The translations under genes were made by a program, and so were the position numbers. Below are positions 10,954 through 21,493 of a DNA stretch of 64,000 nucleotides, one piece after another. How positions within the stretch are numbered: the stretch's first letter is position 1; every line of letters begins with the position of its first letter. This stretch comes from a virus. The DNA lies in IMG/VR virus record IMGVR_UViG_3300009081_000009, positions 64,001-128,000 of that record, one strand, 5' to 3'. The notes beneath the pieces are model-generated. The model saw only the letters and a list, made by a program, of their open reading frames with translations, did no database searches and was not told the DNA's origin.

Positions 10954-11418
10954 TTACAATCCATATTTTGCTCTAACTTCTTCACGCTTTAAAATAACAT
11001 TAACACTATTGGCATAGTATTGTAATTGACTTACTGTGCGTTTTAGAAATTCTACATATGCATTCTGATCATCATATTCACGTTGTTTTGCACGTACACC
11101 TTCATGACCTTCTAATATAACATTAGTACCCTTTGAATCTATGTCATATGCTAATTTTGTTCGTTTGATGTCATCGTATGCGATTGCTTTAATTTTAGCC
11201 AAATCTTCGGCTATCTGATTTAATTTAAGTTGTTCCTGAAATTGAAGTCCGTTATAATTTGTATATATGTTTCCTGATGAGTAGGCAACATTGCGTTGAC
11301 ACTTATCAAGATCGACCTCCCCATCAGCATTAAATGCATTAAATGTGTTATTTATGTGATTTTTTAATTTTATTATATGTTCAGATGTAATTGATATAGG
11401 TATTTCGTCACTAGCCAT
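10954..11418 (-). CDS. UvsY-like recombination mediator (probable start at 11418)
   Basis: Helical protein of about 154 aa with UvsY-like C-terminus; upstream extension in the ORF track overlaps the divergent gene. Confidence 0.5.
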   Translation of the reverse strand: MASDEIPISITSEHIIKLKNHINNTFNAFNADGEVDLDKCQRNVAYSSGNIYTNYNGLQFQEQLKLNQIAEDLAKIKAIAYDDIKRTKLAYDIDSKGTNVILEGHEGVRAKQREYDDQNAYVEFLKRTVSQLQYYANSVNVILKREEVRAKYGL

Positions 11419-11489
11419 GATATTCCTCGTTTTTTTAATATAAATCAAATATATTATAAATATACTTAATAAACTATGGGTTATCATTA

Positions 11490-12041
11490 ATGGAAAAAGA
11501 TTATTCAGCATTTGAACGGCTTCTAGGATTACCAGCAGGATCAACAGCACAAGGAGAAGACGCACTACGTCCGTTACTGGCTGATGGAATAAAAAATAAA
11601 ACAACTGAATTAACTAAGAAAGCAAATCAACTCGAAGTTCTTGGTGATATGTCTAAAGCCGATTTGGTTAAGAGTGGATTTAATTTGGATAGTCTTGAAG
11701 AAGATAAAATTAGAATTCGGACTGAAACCTTTGAGGTGTATGCCATTGCTAGATCATTATTAGATGGTTATAAAACCCAAATGGATAGGGCAGTTAATCC
11801 AAATGATCGTATGTGGATGGCAGGTGCTAAGCTAGTAGATTCGGTCACTGGTAGCTTAGATAAACTGCTTACAATGACGATGAAATTCCGTCAGGAAGAA
11901 GAAATGAAGGGCATGACCTTGGTAGCTGATGAAGAAAAAACATCAAAGGAAATGACTCCTAAGAGTTGGTTGGAATTTGTCAAAGCCGTTAAAGATGCAA
12001 CCCCAGAAGAATTAGGTGAAGTAATAGAACATAAGGAATAA
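11490..12041 (+). CDS. Probable terminase small subunit (gp16-like)
   Basis: 'PNDRMWMAGAKLVDSV' resembles the gp16 'PR.EV...L' helix; late motif at 11468-11476. Confidence 0.5.
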   Translation: MEKDYSAFERLLGLPAGSTAQGEDALRPLLADGIKNKTTELTKKANQLEVLGDMSKADLVKSGFNLDSLEEDKIRIRTETFEVYAIARSLLDGYKTQMDRAVNPNDRMWMAGAKLVDSVTGSLDKLLTMTMKFRQEEEMKGMTLVADEEKTSKEMTPKSWLEFVKAVKDATPEELGEVIEHKE

Positions 12042-12082
12042 ATTATATATAAATTTTAATTAAATTATGTATATTTATACTC

Positions 12083-13201
12083 ATGGAAAGAATAGCACTT
12101 ATAGGTGATCCACATTTTGCTAGAAAAGCTGAGCATCCTTTAATAAAGAAACATATAAAGGATGGACAAGAGGCTTATTTTGATTTTGTTGTTAGTGAAC
12201 TAAACAAAAACAATATTAAAACAGTTCTTATAAGTGGGGATTTACATGATACTCGTCAATCAATTAATGTGGAAGCATTAGTATTGACGAAACGTTTACT
12301 ACAAACGAAAATGAAAGACTTTGATGTACATATCATATTAGGTAATCATGATATGTATTATGAGAACTCATATGATATCACTGCTCTTGAATTATTTGAA
12401 GATATCCCTAATGTAACTGTGTATAGAAATGAAGTGGAAATGAAAACCTTCTTAGGTAAAACATGGTATATGTTTCCTTGGATAATTCATGAACGAGAAA
12501 ATAGTACAGTAGAATTCTTAAAGAAATTGGCATCAAAGCCATTAAAGGATAGGAATAATACTGTTTTATTTGGTCATTTCGAGATGTTTGGTATAAATAT
12601 GGAAGGCAATAGCATGTCAACGTTTGGATTAGATCCAAATACGTTCATGGATGCATCAAATACCATATTTAGCGGTCATTATCATGGTAAATCAATAACA
12701 GAAAAATCAAGTAGTAAATTAGTATATCTTGGATCACCATATCCAATGACATTTGCAAATGCCAATCAGCAACATGGTATATGGTTGGTTGATGAAAATC
12801 TTAATACTGAATTTATTGAGAATAAAATATCACCTCGATTTGTTGATATATGGGATACCGATGACATGGATTTATTAGATGATTTAACAAATTGTTTTGT
12901 TAGATTATATATAAATAAAACAATAACATCAGAAAAAGAATTCGAAATTAGGTTGAAAATAGAAAATAAAAAACCTATTTTAATTAGAACACTGCCATAT
13001 AATGGTAGTAAAGCGGAAATAGAACAAAAAACCGAAGCTGAAAAGGAAGCAAATCGTATAATTAAAATGTCAACGTTAGATCTTGCTGAAATTTATATAG
13101 ATCAAAATTCAGAAATACTTCCTTCATTGAGATTATCGAACGATCCTAAAGCAGCTATAATGAGTAAACTAAACCTTTATAATGAAACAATCAAAACTTG
13201 A
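12083..13201 (+). CDS. Recombination nuclease (gp47/SbcD/Mre11 metallophosphoesterase)
   Basis: GDPHF, GDLHD, GNHD, GHFE, SGHYH, YLGSP motifs. Confidence 0.93.
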   Translation: MERIALIGDPHFARKAEHPLIKKHIKDGQEAYFDFVVSELNKNNIKTVLISGDLHDTRQSINVEALVLTKRLLQTKMKDFDVHIILGNHDMYYENSYDITALELFEDIPNVTVYRNEVEMKTFLGKTWYMFPWIIHERENSTVEFLKKLASKPLKDRNNTVLFGHFEMFGINMEGNSMSTFGLDPNTFMDASNTIFSGHYHGKSITEKSSSKLVYLGSPYPMTFANANQQHGIWLVDENLNTEFIENKISPRFVDIWDTDDMDLLDDLTNCFVRLYINKTITSEKEFEIRLKIENKKPILIRTLPYNGSKAEIEQKTEAEKEANRIIKMSTLDLAEIYIDQNSEILPSLRLSNDPKAAIMSKLNLYNETIKT

Positions 13202-14564
13202 GGCAATAATGTCAGATACAAACGAACAAGTAATTCCAACGATTAGCGATGAACTTAGAGAAAGAGCATCACAGAAACCAACATTTAATATTATGTTTGT
13301 TTCTGATAATGATTCTAAATTGTCATTATTCCGTGGTAGTAACATATTTAAGACGTTCGAAGAATTTTATTCTAGACAAGCTAATATATCATGTATTACA
13401 GCATCATCGACTAAACTAGCATCAATGAATAAAGATGATCTTGCTGGAGTTAATGTATTGTGGATTGATAATTGCAGTAATTATCAAGCAGCTCGAACTC
13501 TTGCTGATATTCATCGTGATATGCTTAATGATATTGATTCTAATTGGAAAGAGACTGTAGCATCATTTGGTAGTGACTCAGATTCGGCATTGAAATTCAT
13601 TAAAGAATTAAATACAAAGAGAGAAGCACGACTTAGAATTATATATGCAATCGATGAATTGGTATGGGATGCACCTGTTGGTCGTGCCCATGATATTCAA
13701 AGCGTACAGATAATGGAAAACTATATGAATCTAGCTGATAGTATAGTAGTTCCAACGGCTGAATTGCGTGAATTAATTCAATATTATAAGTTCATTGTTG
13801 ATACAGAAAAGGATATTTTTGTAATTCCAACATCAGTAAATGCTGACTTCTTTCCATTATTTAAAGATTTCAGTCGAATGCATGCACCAAGTCAACTAGC
13901 CGATAAGCCAAAGGTTTTGATTAAGGGTGTTACCATTCCTAAGAACGTCGAAGAATTTATTGTTGAAAATCATAAGAAAATGAATATCACCATTTGTACT
14001 GTAGGTGAACTCAATGAACATATCATGGGTCTTATTCAGCGTCAAAAGATTACTCATATTTATCACTGGGCTAACCCATACGTAAATAAGAGAAATATAT
14101 TAGCTACATATGCATTGGAAAGAGATATGTCATTTGATTTTGTTATCCATACAAAACCAGATAATCTCCAAGGACAAATGTATGAACTATCAATAGGTGA
14201 TGAAGATATGTTGTTCGCTATTGCATCTGGTGCATTGCCTATTAGTGGTATTGCTCATCTTGAGTATGATGAAGATAGTTCTCATCTAGGTGTTGCTAGT
14301 GGAATCACTTTTGGTAGAGAAAGCACAGCAAAAACTATTAAGCATTTAATCGAGTCATATAGTGTTCCAGTTCGTTGGACGGAAGCATATAATAAGTGTC
14401 GTGCTAAAGTAGAAAGCCGAATCATCACATCGCCTAAGATCATATCAGCATATTTCTCGGTCATGCTTGGTAGAGAAATCGCGCATGCTCGTAATGTGAT
14501 GGCTATGGAAGCTAAAGCTAAACTTGAAAAAAATATTGCTACAGAAACATCACAAGAATCCTAA
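13182..14564 (+). CDS. Hypothetical protein, divergent glycosyltransferase-like
   Basis: IIYAIDE..ADSIVVPT..VIP pattern seen in phage GT-B proteins. Confidence 0.45.
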   Translation: MKQSKLEAIMSDTNEQVIPTISDELRERASQKPTFNIMFVSDNDSKLSLFRGSNIFKTFEEFYSRQANISCITASSTKLASMNKDDLAGVNVLWIDNCSNYQAARTLADIHRDMLNDIDSNWKETVASFGSDSDSALKFIKELNTKREARLRIIYAIDELVWDAPVGRAHDIQSVQIMENYMNLADSIVVPTAELRELIQYYKFIVDTEKDIFVIPTSVNADFFPLFKDFSRMHAPSQLADKPKVLIKGVTIPKNVEEFIVENHKKMNITICTVGELNEHIMGLIQRQKITHIYHWANPYVNKRNILATYALERDMSFDFVIHTKPDNLQGQMYELSIGDEDMLFAIASGALPISGIAHLEYDEDSSHLGVASGITFGRESTAKTIKHLIESYSVPVRWTEAYNKCRAKVESRIITSPKIISAYFSVMLGREIAHARNVMAMEAKAKLEKNIATETSQES

Positions 14565-14579
14565 TAAGGGAGAATTAAT

Positions 14580-15302
14580 ATGAATAAGAATCCTAAATTA
14601 AAGTTAGTTGGGTTTTTTGGTCAGTCAGGTGCTGGTAAGACCACTATAATTCGTAATGTTAAGCCTAAGATAAATGGTCAGACTGTTATTGCAAGTACTG
14701 GTATTATTAGATATTTGTTCGGTAAAAACCCTCGTACATATCAGAGTCCAAATGATATTATGAATAAGTATGGACGTGATATCGATGCATTGAAACCAAT
14801 TGAACGTAATGCTAAAATTGATGAAATGTATGAAAAATATATTAGATCTCAAATGCAATTGATGAATGATTTCTCTACTGAGGTATTCAATCAATCACGT
14901 GAAACGGTCATCGAACCCACAATTATATTATTTGATAGAAGTCCAATTGATTTTTATGCTATTACATACTGCGGTGTTAATTATTTAAAAGATATATTGG
15001 GAAAAGAACTAAATCCTATATGTGTTAAATTATTAGCTTTGTGTAAATCAACTGCTGAATTAAATACTAGAAATATGTTTGATTCCGTATTTATTACATA
15101 TCCATGGAAGACGAACGAATTATCTAAATTTAATGATGGTGTTCGTGATCAGTATTTAAGCGATTTTTACACCGGAGATAATTGGTACAGTCTTATAAAC
15201 ACTGTAGATATCGGATCAGTTAAGACATTTTCAATCGAGGGTGATATAACTGACTTAATGCAGCGAGCTGCTGTAGTCGATAAATACTTAGAGGAAGTGT
15301 AA
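14580..15302 (+). CDS. P-loop nucleotide kinase (NadR/AAA_28-like)
   Basis: GQSGAGKTT, FDRSPID, DGVR motifs. Confidence 0.75.
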   Translation: MNKNPKLKLVGFFGQSGAGKTTIIRNVKPKINGQTVIASTGIIRYLFGKNPRTYQSPNDIMNKYGRDIDALKPIERNAKIDEMYEKYIRSQMQLMNDFSTEVFNQSRETVIEPTIILFDRSPIDFYAITYCGVNYLKDILGKELNPICVKLLALCKSTAELNTRNMFDSVFITYPWKTNELSKFNDGVRDQYLSDFYTGDNWYSLINTVDIGSVKTFSIEGDITDLMQRAAVVDKYLEEV

Positions 15303-15304
15303 TC

Positions 15305-16264
15305 ATGGCACCCAAAAACGTTAATAGTGATATAGATCCACAAACCGCAGCACTGCTTAGACAGGCACGTGCTGCTAATAATCAGATGCGCAATATCGGT
15401 ATGCCAGTTACACCACTGGAACCACAAGCACAGCCAGTTATTCAGCCACTTACTGTTAATAAACCAGTTCCTGTGAAAACGACTGAGCCAGTCGCATATG
15501 AAAATTTTGTAGAAATTACTCACTTACCATCGAAGGGATTGTTTTACTCAAATAAAGTATTTGGACAGCCTCTTAAAATGGAAGATATTCTTCAAGTTCA
15601 GACAATGGATGATGATAATCTAATAACTAATTTGGGTGAAATTTTTAGCAGACGTATTAGAGGTGTCACATCTGATGAAATTACCGTAGCCGATGAACTA
15701 TTTTTGGCTCTTTGGTTACGTGCAACTTCATTTCCTAATAGTGATCATCCTGCCGATGGCTTTGTCTGTACCAATGATAAATGTAAGTTTGTGATGAAAG
15801 ATCCTGCATATACAGTTAAATTTCAACAAATCACATTTGATGCACCTAACATGCCAGATGATTTATTTGAGCATTATAAAGCTACTGGTATTGCAGAGGA
15901 TGTTCTCGCATCTACAGGACAGAAAGTGGCTATTGAAATTCGTAGACGCTATCATACAAAATTAATTCATGATATATTAGACGAAGATTATTATTCTAAA
16001 GATACACTACCTTCTAAGTATTACAGAAACTTACTCAGAATAGCCTCAATAACTCATATTGATGACATTGAGGATTTACGTGAACGAGCTATCAGAATAG
16101 GAAATCTAGAGACATCTGAATCATATGAATTAATTAAACTTATTAATAAGTATTCATTGTCAGCCGAACCTATTGTGAATCATATATGCCCTGCGTGTGG
16201 GGAGGTTATCTCTGTTAGGGGGTATCCTTTTCGTTATGAAACATATCTTCCCGCTGATTACTGA
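15305..16264 (+). CDS. Baseplate hub assembly protein (gp26-like)
   Basis: LPSKG, LRATS, CxxxxC and CPACG zinc motifs. Confidence 0.75.
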   Translation: MAPKNVNSDIDPQTAALLRQARAANNQMRNIGMPVTPLEPQAQPVIQPLTVNKPVPVKTTEPVAYENFVEITHLPSKGLFYSNKVFGQPLKMEDILQVQTMDDDNLITNLGEIFSRRIRGVTSDEITVADELFLALWLRATSFPNSDHPADGFVCTNDKCKFVMKDPAYTVKFQQITFDAPNMPDDLFEHYKATGIAEDVLASTGQKVAIEIRRRYHTKLIHDILDEDYYSKDTLPSKYYRNLLRIASITHIDDIEDLRERAIRIGNLETSESYELIKLINKYSLSAEPIVNHICPACGEVISVRGYPFRYETYLPADY

Positions 16265-16439
16265 TGCACAAGTTAGAGAAATTAAGGCATTGATATCGAT
16301 TCATACATCAAATAGTTATCTTGATTGTGATCGAATGTTTGTTCCTGATTTCTTATACTTGGATGATATAGTTCATAAAGAAGCAAAGCAGAAACTAGAA
16401 ACTGCTCAATCACTGTTAAATTCGCTTCTATCTAGATAA
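16236..16439 (+). CDS. Baseplate hub assembly catalyst (gp51-like)
   Basis: Small ORF overlapping the 3' end of the gp26-like gene. Confidence 0.5.
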   Translation: MKHIFPLITDAQVREIKALISIHTSNSYLDCDRMFVPDFLYLDDIVHKEAKQKLETAQSLLNSLLSR

Positions 16440-16511
16440 TTGAAAAAAGACCTAATTATAAATAATTTGGTCTTTTTTTCTTTTATAAACTAATATATAA
16501 CGGGTTAATAT

Positions 16512-18698
16512 ATGGCAATCGAAGATAAAGATATAAATGAGTTAAAAAAAGAGTTAGAAACTCTAGCTAAAAACGTATCATCTATAGGTGATTCGGTTCG
16601 TGTTGGTGTTCGGGAAGGGATTAAAGATGGAAATAGTGATTTAGCTAAAAAAACTCGTACAGAAAATGATGCTGATTTGGCTGAAAAAGCCCAATCACGT
16701 ATTATATTACGTCAAAAAGAAGATTTTGAAAAAACACGTGAAATGCAGAAATCATCTGTAAAAACACCAGAACAGATAACACAAGAAAAAGCAGCAAATG
16801 CTCAATTTAAAACTAATGAATATTTAGATCAATTAACAAAATTAATTAAAGATAACAATGAGACCTTAAATAAACCATCCAAATCAACTAAATCAACTGG
16901 TGATTCTATTGGTGATAGTGATAGAAAAAAGAAATCAGGCTCGGATTCATATATAACAAGTAGCGGAATGAAAGGTGAAGATCTAGTTGGAAAACTATTT
17001 AAAGGAATATCGGGAACATTCGAAGGAATTAAAGAAATTCCGGGTAATATGAAACGAAAAGCAGAGGGTGCTGCTGATTGGATTCATGGTATTGGTAGTG
17101 GCGAAGGCATAAAATCAAAAATATCCGGTGGTGTTGATTGGGTTAAAGATGTTACTGGTGGTCGTCAAGATAGTGCAGATAGACAAAAACAATTAGAAAT
17201 TACTAAGAACGAAATTAATAAAGAAAAAATGTTGTTATCAGCCGAAGAAGCTGAATTAGATAAATTAAAAAAACAACGTGGTAAGAACAGAGATAAAAAG
17301 GCTATTGAAGAATTAGATAACGCAATAGAAGAACGAAAATCTACGATAGCTGAGAAGGCAAAGGTATTAGGATCTTTAACATCGGAAGAGTATTTATATC
17401 AGAAAGGAAAACAAGATAAAAATTATAAATTAAAAGGACGTGAAAGGGATCTTGTTCTAAATCAGATGCGTGATAATGTTACTTCTAGCGTTACATCAGA
17501 TTTAGAAACTCCTAAAACAACGTCTACGCGAGGTGGTACTGGATCAGGTACTGGTATTGGTGGTATTGGATCTGAATCAATTATTTCTGGCTTAAATAAA
17601 TTAGAAAAATCCTTGAATGCTATTGAGAAAAATACAAAAACCAATACCCAAACAACTACATTAAATGCGTTGAGTAAAAGTCTTGCATCGCAACAATCCT
17701 TATTATCTCAATTAGATAAATCGGTTACTGCAATAGAATCTAAATCATCAGGTAAATTAAATGCTGATACTAAATTATCAAAGACTCCAACTCCTACTAC
17801 TTTTGGTGAATATGTAAGTGGTATATATAATGAATTGAAAAAATCAAATGAATTGAATGGTACTAAATCAAAATTAGCTGGTGTTGCTAGTGAGGCTGAT
17901 GAGGGTGGTGGTATTATGGGAATCATGGGTAAAATCCTCCCTGCGTTGGGTGGATTAGCTCCTATGATGGGATCTATAGCTGCTGCATTACCTGCAATTG
18001 CTGTGGCTGCTGGTGGTGCGTATTTATTAAAGAAAACCTATGATATGACTGAGCAAAGTACTGAAGGTACTACTGTGGGTGATGTGGGTGCTGGTATTGG
18101 AGGATTCGTATCTGGTAAAGGATTTAGTAAATCATTAGAAGATCGACAGGTTGATCGAGTAACTGCTATTCATAAAAAGGAAGGTGATAAAACTGTAGTT
18201 GAAGGTGCAAAAACACTATTCGATAGAGATCAAGCTCCTATTTTCGCACCATATAAGAAATATATGAGTGATGATGATTTGGCTGGATTAAAAGATAAAT
18301 ATATTGATTATAGAGTCGGTAATTCTACATATATACAATATAAAATTGATAGAAATAAATTATTGAAGCAAGCAAAGGAACAACAAGCTGGTGAAACGTC
18401 AGTTGATAGTGAATTCGCACAATTAACAGGTAAGTCAGCAAGTACTCCAACATCAAACAATCCAAGTACATCAGATAAGGGACAAGGCAGTCAACCAAAA
18501 GTTAATACACAAACATCAATGTCATCAATGGGTAGTTCCTCTGGTATGGATCAGTTAACTGCAATGACCATACAAGCAAAATTAATAGCAACCGAAATGC
18601 TTAACATGCAGAAAAACCCTGATTACATTAATCAACAGAAGGCATATATGAAAGAAAATGGTAAGCAGTTTGCTACATCTTTAGTGGGGAATGACTAA
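16512..18698 (+). CDS. Tape-measure/baseplate hub-like protein
   Basis: Coiled-coil, Gly/Ala-rich hydrophobic segment; late motif 16484-16492; tail operon context. Confidence 0.6.
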   Translation: MAIEDKDINELKKELETLAKNVSSIGDSVRVGVREGIKDGNSDLAKKTRTENDADLAEKAQSRIILRQKEDFEKTREMQKSSVKTPEQITQEKAANAQFKTNEYLDQLTKLIKDNNETLNKPSKSTKSTGDSIGDSDRKKKSGSDSYITSSGMKGEDLVGKLFKGISGTFEGIKEIPGNMKRKAEGAADWIHGIGSGEGIKSKISGGVDWVKDVTGGRQDSADRQKQLEITKNEINKEKMLLSAEEAELDKLKKQRGKNRDKKAIEELDNAIEERKSTIAEKAKVLGSLTSEEYLYQKGKQDKNYKLKGRERDLVLNQMRDNVTSSVTSDLETPKTTSTRGGTGSGTGIGGIGSESIISGLNKLEKSLNAIEKNTKTNTQTTTLNALSKSLASQQSLLSQLDKSVTAIESKSSGKLNADTKLSKTPTPTTFGEYVSGIYNELKKSNELNGTKSKLAGVASEADEGGGIMGIMGKILPALGGLAPMMGSIAAALPAIAVAAGGAYLLKKTYDMTEQSTEGTTVGDVGAGIGGFVSGKGFSKSLEDRQVDRVTAIHKKEGDKTVVEGAKTLFDRDQAPIFAPYKKYMSDDDLAGLKDKYIDYRVGNSTYIQYKIDRNKLLKQAKEQQAGETSVDSEFAQLTGKSASTPTSNNPSTSDKGQGSQPKVNTQTSMSSMGSSSGMDQLTAMTIQAKLIATEMLNMQKNPDYINQQKAYMKENGKQFATSLVGND

Positions 18699-19747
18699 TG
18701 GCTGAGAAAGAAACAACAGTAGATCCATCAAGAAATCTTAAAGTTAGAGGATTATCAGATAATATTCCTAGACCTAATATAGTTCGTATAGAAACTTTAG
18801 ATGGTGCTGCTAGAAGTCGATACTTGACAGGTATATATACAGGAACAAATCAATTGAGAGATAAAATATATCAAAGCGTAGCTCCTGATGCAGAAAAAAA
18901 ATTTTATGGATTCTTATCACCAAATGCAGATTTTTCGTTTAACATGACTGGATCATGGGAAGGATCAGCACTCGGTGGCATGGCTATAGGAGGCATTAAA
19001 AAAGTAGCTGATATCGTTGGTGCTGGTAAGGCAGTTAGTTCAATATTTGATGCAGGACAGACAGCTTATGAGATAGCCAGTTCATTAACACAAATGAATT
19101 CTACTTCAACTGGTAGTTCTACCATGCAAGATTTCAAAAATGTAACTTTAGATCAATTTGCGGTTTCCTGTGTTTGGTATATCCCAGAACAAGAAAAAAT
19201 TGCACAGACATCATTGAGAATTATATATAGAATGTTATATCCACGTCAATTGAATGCGGATTCGGCTGCTGATATGCTTGGTCAAGCGACTGCTAATGTA
19301 ATAAATGCTGCTGGTGAAGCAGCCGTTACAGCAGCCTCAAAATTAACTGCATCTGATAGTGAACAACTTAAAAGTAATGTAAGTAAACCAGCATCTCCTG
19401 AAGGTGGTGGTGTATTGTCTGGAGCTATATCTACCGTAGCCGATGTATCTGGTTCTATGGTAAGTGGTGGTGTACAGGCTATCAATGCTGTAGGCACGTT
19501 CTTTGGGTATAATACAACCATGAATCCATTACCTGTTCGTGTATCTATAGGTCAGTATATAGATGTCGAACCACTTGTAATAACAGGAATAGAAACTAAA
19601 TTTTCTAGAGAAACTTTTATATCTGAAAATACAGGAAGACATCTTCCACTATTCGCATACACAACCATTCACTTTAAATACTGGCTTAACCCAGCACCTA
19701 ATTTGCAATTTGCAAATATATTAGGTACAGAATTGTTTGGAACTTAA
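18698..19747 (+). CDS. Baseplate/tail-tube cap-like protein (gp48-like)
   Basis: Operon position; C-term P.PVRVSIG..VITGIETKFS...LP. Confidence 0.5.
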   Translation: MAEKETTVDPSRNLKVRGLSDNIPRPNIVRIETLDGAARSRYLTGIYTGTNQLRDKIYQSVAPDAEKKFYGFLSPNADFSFNMTGSWEGSALGGMAIGGIKKVADIVGAGKAVSSIFDAGQTAYEIASSLTQMNSTSTGSSTMQDFKNVTLDQFAVSCVWYIPEQEKIAQTSLRIIYRMLYPRQLNADSAADMLGQATANVINAAGEAAVTAASKLTASDSEQLKSNVSKPASPEGGGVLSGAISTVADVSGSMVSGGVQAINAVGTFFGYNTTMNPLPVRVSIGQYIDVEPLVITGIETKFSRETFISENTGRHLPLFAYTTIHFKYWLNPAPNLQFANILGTELFGT

Positions 19748-19762
19748 ACTTAGGTATAATTT

Positions 19763-20185
19763 ATGGCATTTCCGAGAATAAAAAAATTTAATTTTAATAT
19801 AACAAGTACTTACGAAGTTCCTAGTTATTTTGTTGGTAGATTGGATTTAATTGCAGTCGAATTATTTGATAATGTTCGCATGTATAAATCAATCGCTGCT
19901 GCAAATAATATAAAACTTGCACATGGTACTAGAACTGGTATAAGACCTCAAACCATTTCAATCCGAAATGAATTGATTATGCGCGGATTTACTGGCACTA
20001 ATCTTGAAGCTGAATATCAGAGATTAATAGATGAATCAAGATCAACTAATTTGGATTGGATGGCATATGAAAATACAGGATATGGATACATGAGTGAAGT
20101 ATATGAAGGTAGATTATTACTTATCCCAGATTTTGCTACGGCTGATTTGTACCTAAATAAATATGAATTTTTAACAGAAGAATAA
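19763..20185 (+). CDS. Baseplate wedge protein (gp53-like)
   Basis: GRLDLIA..LF...IAAANNI, GRLLLIP LysM-like pattern. Confidence 0.7.
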   Translation: MAFPRIKKFNFNITSTYEVPSYFVGRLDLIAVELFDNVRMYKSIAAANNIKLAHGTRTGIRPQTISIRNELIMRGFTGTNLEAEYQRLIDESRSTNLDWMAYENTGYGYMSEVYEGRLLLIPDFATADLYLNKYEFLTEE

Positions 20186-20188
20186 CAC

Positions 20189-21493
20189 ATGTCAACTAAG
20201 TCAACCGGATTAAATGTAACATTTGCAATTGAATTACAGGGAGCTGTTTTCAATAATGCTACTATTGTTGCGTTTGCATATAATAATTCAATTAATCAAA
20301 AACCATCAGGTGAATTCATATTAGTTGATTCTAATAGTGATACATTAATTGAGCGATCTGGTGATTTTGGTTCTATAATATTTAGCAATGTAACTGATAC
20401 GACAACTGATAAAACCACTATATTACCATTTATTGTAGATGACATGATGCGAATAAATGTATCTAACTCAAACTCTACTTATAAAATAACATGGAGTGCA
20501 GGTACTAAAGAGACTATGGTATTAAATACACGAGCCGTTAAAGGGAGTAGTATTGATGCTATGGTAGATATCGCAAAATTCTTTAAGTATAAATTAGTTG
20601 AACGAATGAGTGACGTTAAATACGATAAACCAAGTGATTCGATGATATGGCGATATGTATCAGATGATATGTGGGATTCGTTTGAGAGAACAATTAATAG
20701 ATCGTATTTGTATAATGATTATTTATATTGGGCATTTGATGATGTGAATAATTGTGTTAAATTATCTTCATTTAAATTTGAAGATGCCATGGAAGATAAA
20801 AATTTATTTATATATTCAGATAATGCGAAATCATCATCTGATACCGTAAAGACATATGTAGATAAACCTAAACTTACTATATGGTCATATGGTGATAGTT
20901 CAAGACAAAATAATATAGGATCTAATAAAGATAAATTATTTCCAAATGTCGCATTTAGTGGTGTTAATAATGGTGAAATGAATCAGGCTGGATGCCAAGG
21001 GCCATGTTTTAATAGCGTATTAAAATCAACTGGTGATAACTCACAAGATATGATAATGAAAAATACCGGATTAACTGGTAAAAATGATGTATTTGGAAAA
21101 TTGGAAGTTGTTCGAAATTACCCAAATAATACTCATAAAATGTATTCACTTGCGCCTACTATACGAAAATACAAGTTAGCTACTTATGGAAAGGCATTAT
21201 ATATACAATTATATAATACATTAGGGCCAGAAATTGGAAGTAAGGTCTCCGTGGTATATTTTGGTGCGGATAGAAAAGTGCGTGGTATGAATGTTGATGC
21301 AACCTATACAGATAGATATATAATAACTGAGAAGCGAGTTAAATATACCACAGTAACCGGAAATATGAGAGGAAATACAGTTGCGAAGGATAGTACCGAA
21401 GTTTCTGTGATGTTAAAATTAGTATCAGACCATTTAGGTACTGAAGGTTTTGATGATGTATCTAAAATATTAGATCAGATTAAGGATAAATAA
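20189..21493 (+). CDS. Baseplate hub protein (gp27-like)
   Basis: Lies between gp53-like and gp5-like genes. Confidence 0.5.
   Translation: MSTKSTGLNVTFAIELQGAVFNNATIVAFAYNNSINQKPSGEFILVDSNSDTLIERSGDFGSIIFSNVTDTTTDKTTILPFIVDDMMRINVSNSNSTYKITWSAGTKETMVLNTRAVKGSSIDAMVDIAKFFKYKLVERMSDVKYDKPSDSMIWRYVSDDMWDSFERTINRSYLYNDYLYWAFDDVNNCVKLSSFKFEDAMEDKNLFIYSDNAKSSSDTVKTYVDKPKLTIWSYGDSSRQNNIGSNKDKLFPNVAFSGVNNGEMNQAGCQGPCFNSVLKSTGDNSQDMIMKNTGLTGKNDVFGKLEVVRNYPNNTHKMYSLAPTIRKYKLATYGKALYIQLYNTLGPEIGSKVSVVYFGADRKVRGMNVDATYTDRYIITEKRVKYTTVTGNMRGNTVAKDSTEVSVMLKLVSDHLGTEGFDDVSKILDQIKDK

Noticed and set aside
16197-16264. Programmed frameshift between gp26-like and gp51-like ORFs
   Set aside because: No canonical slippery heptamer; an in-frame ATG at 16236 explains the overlap
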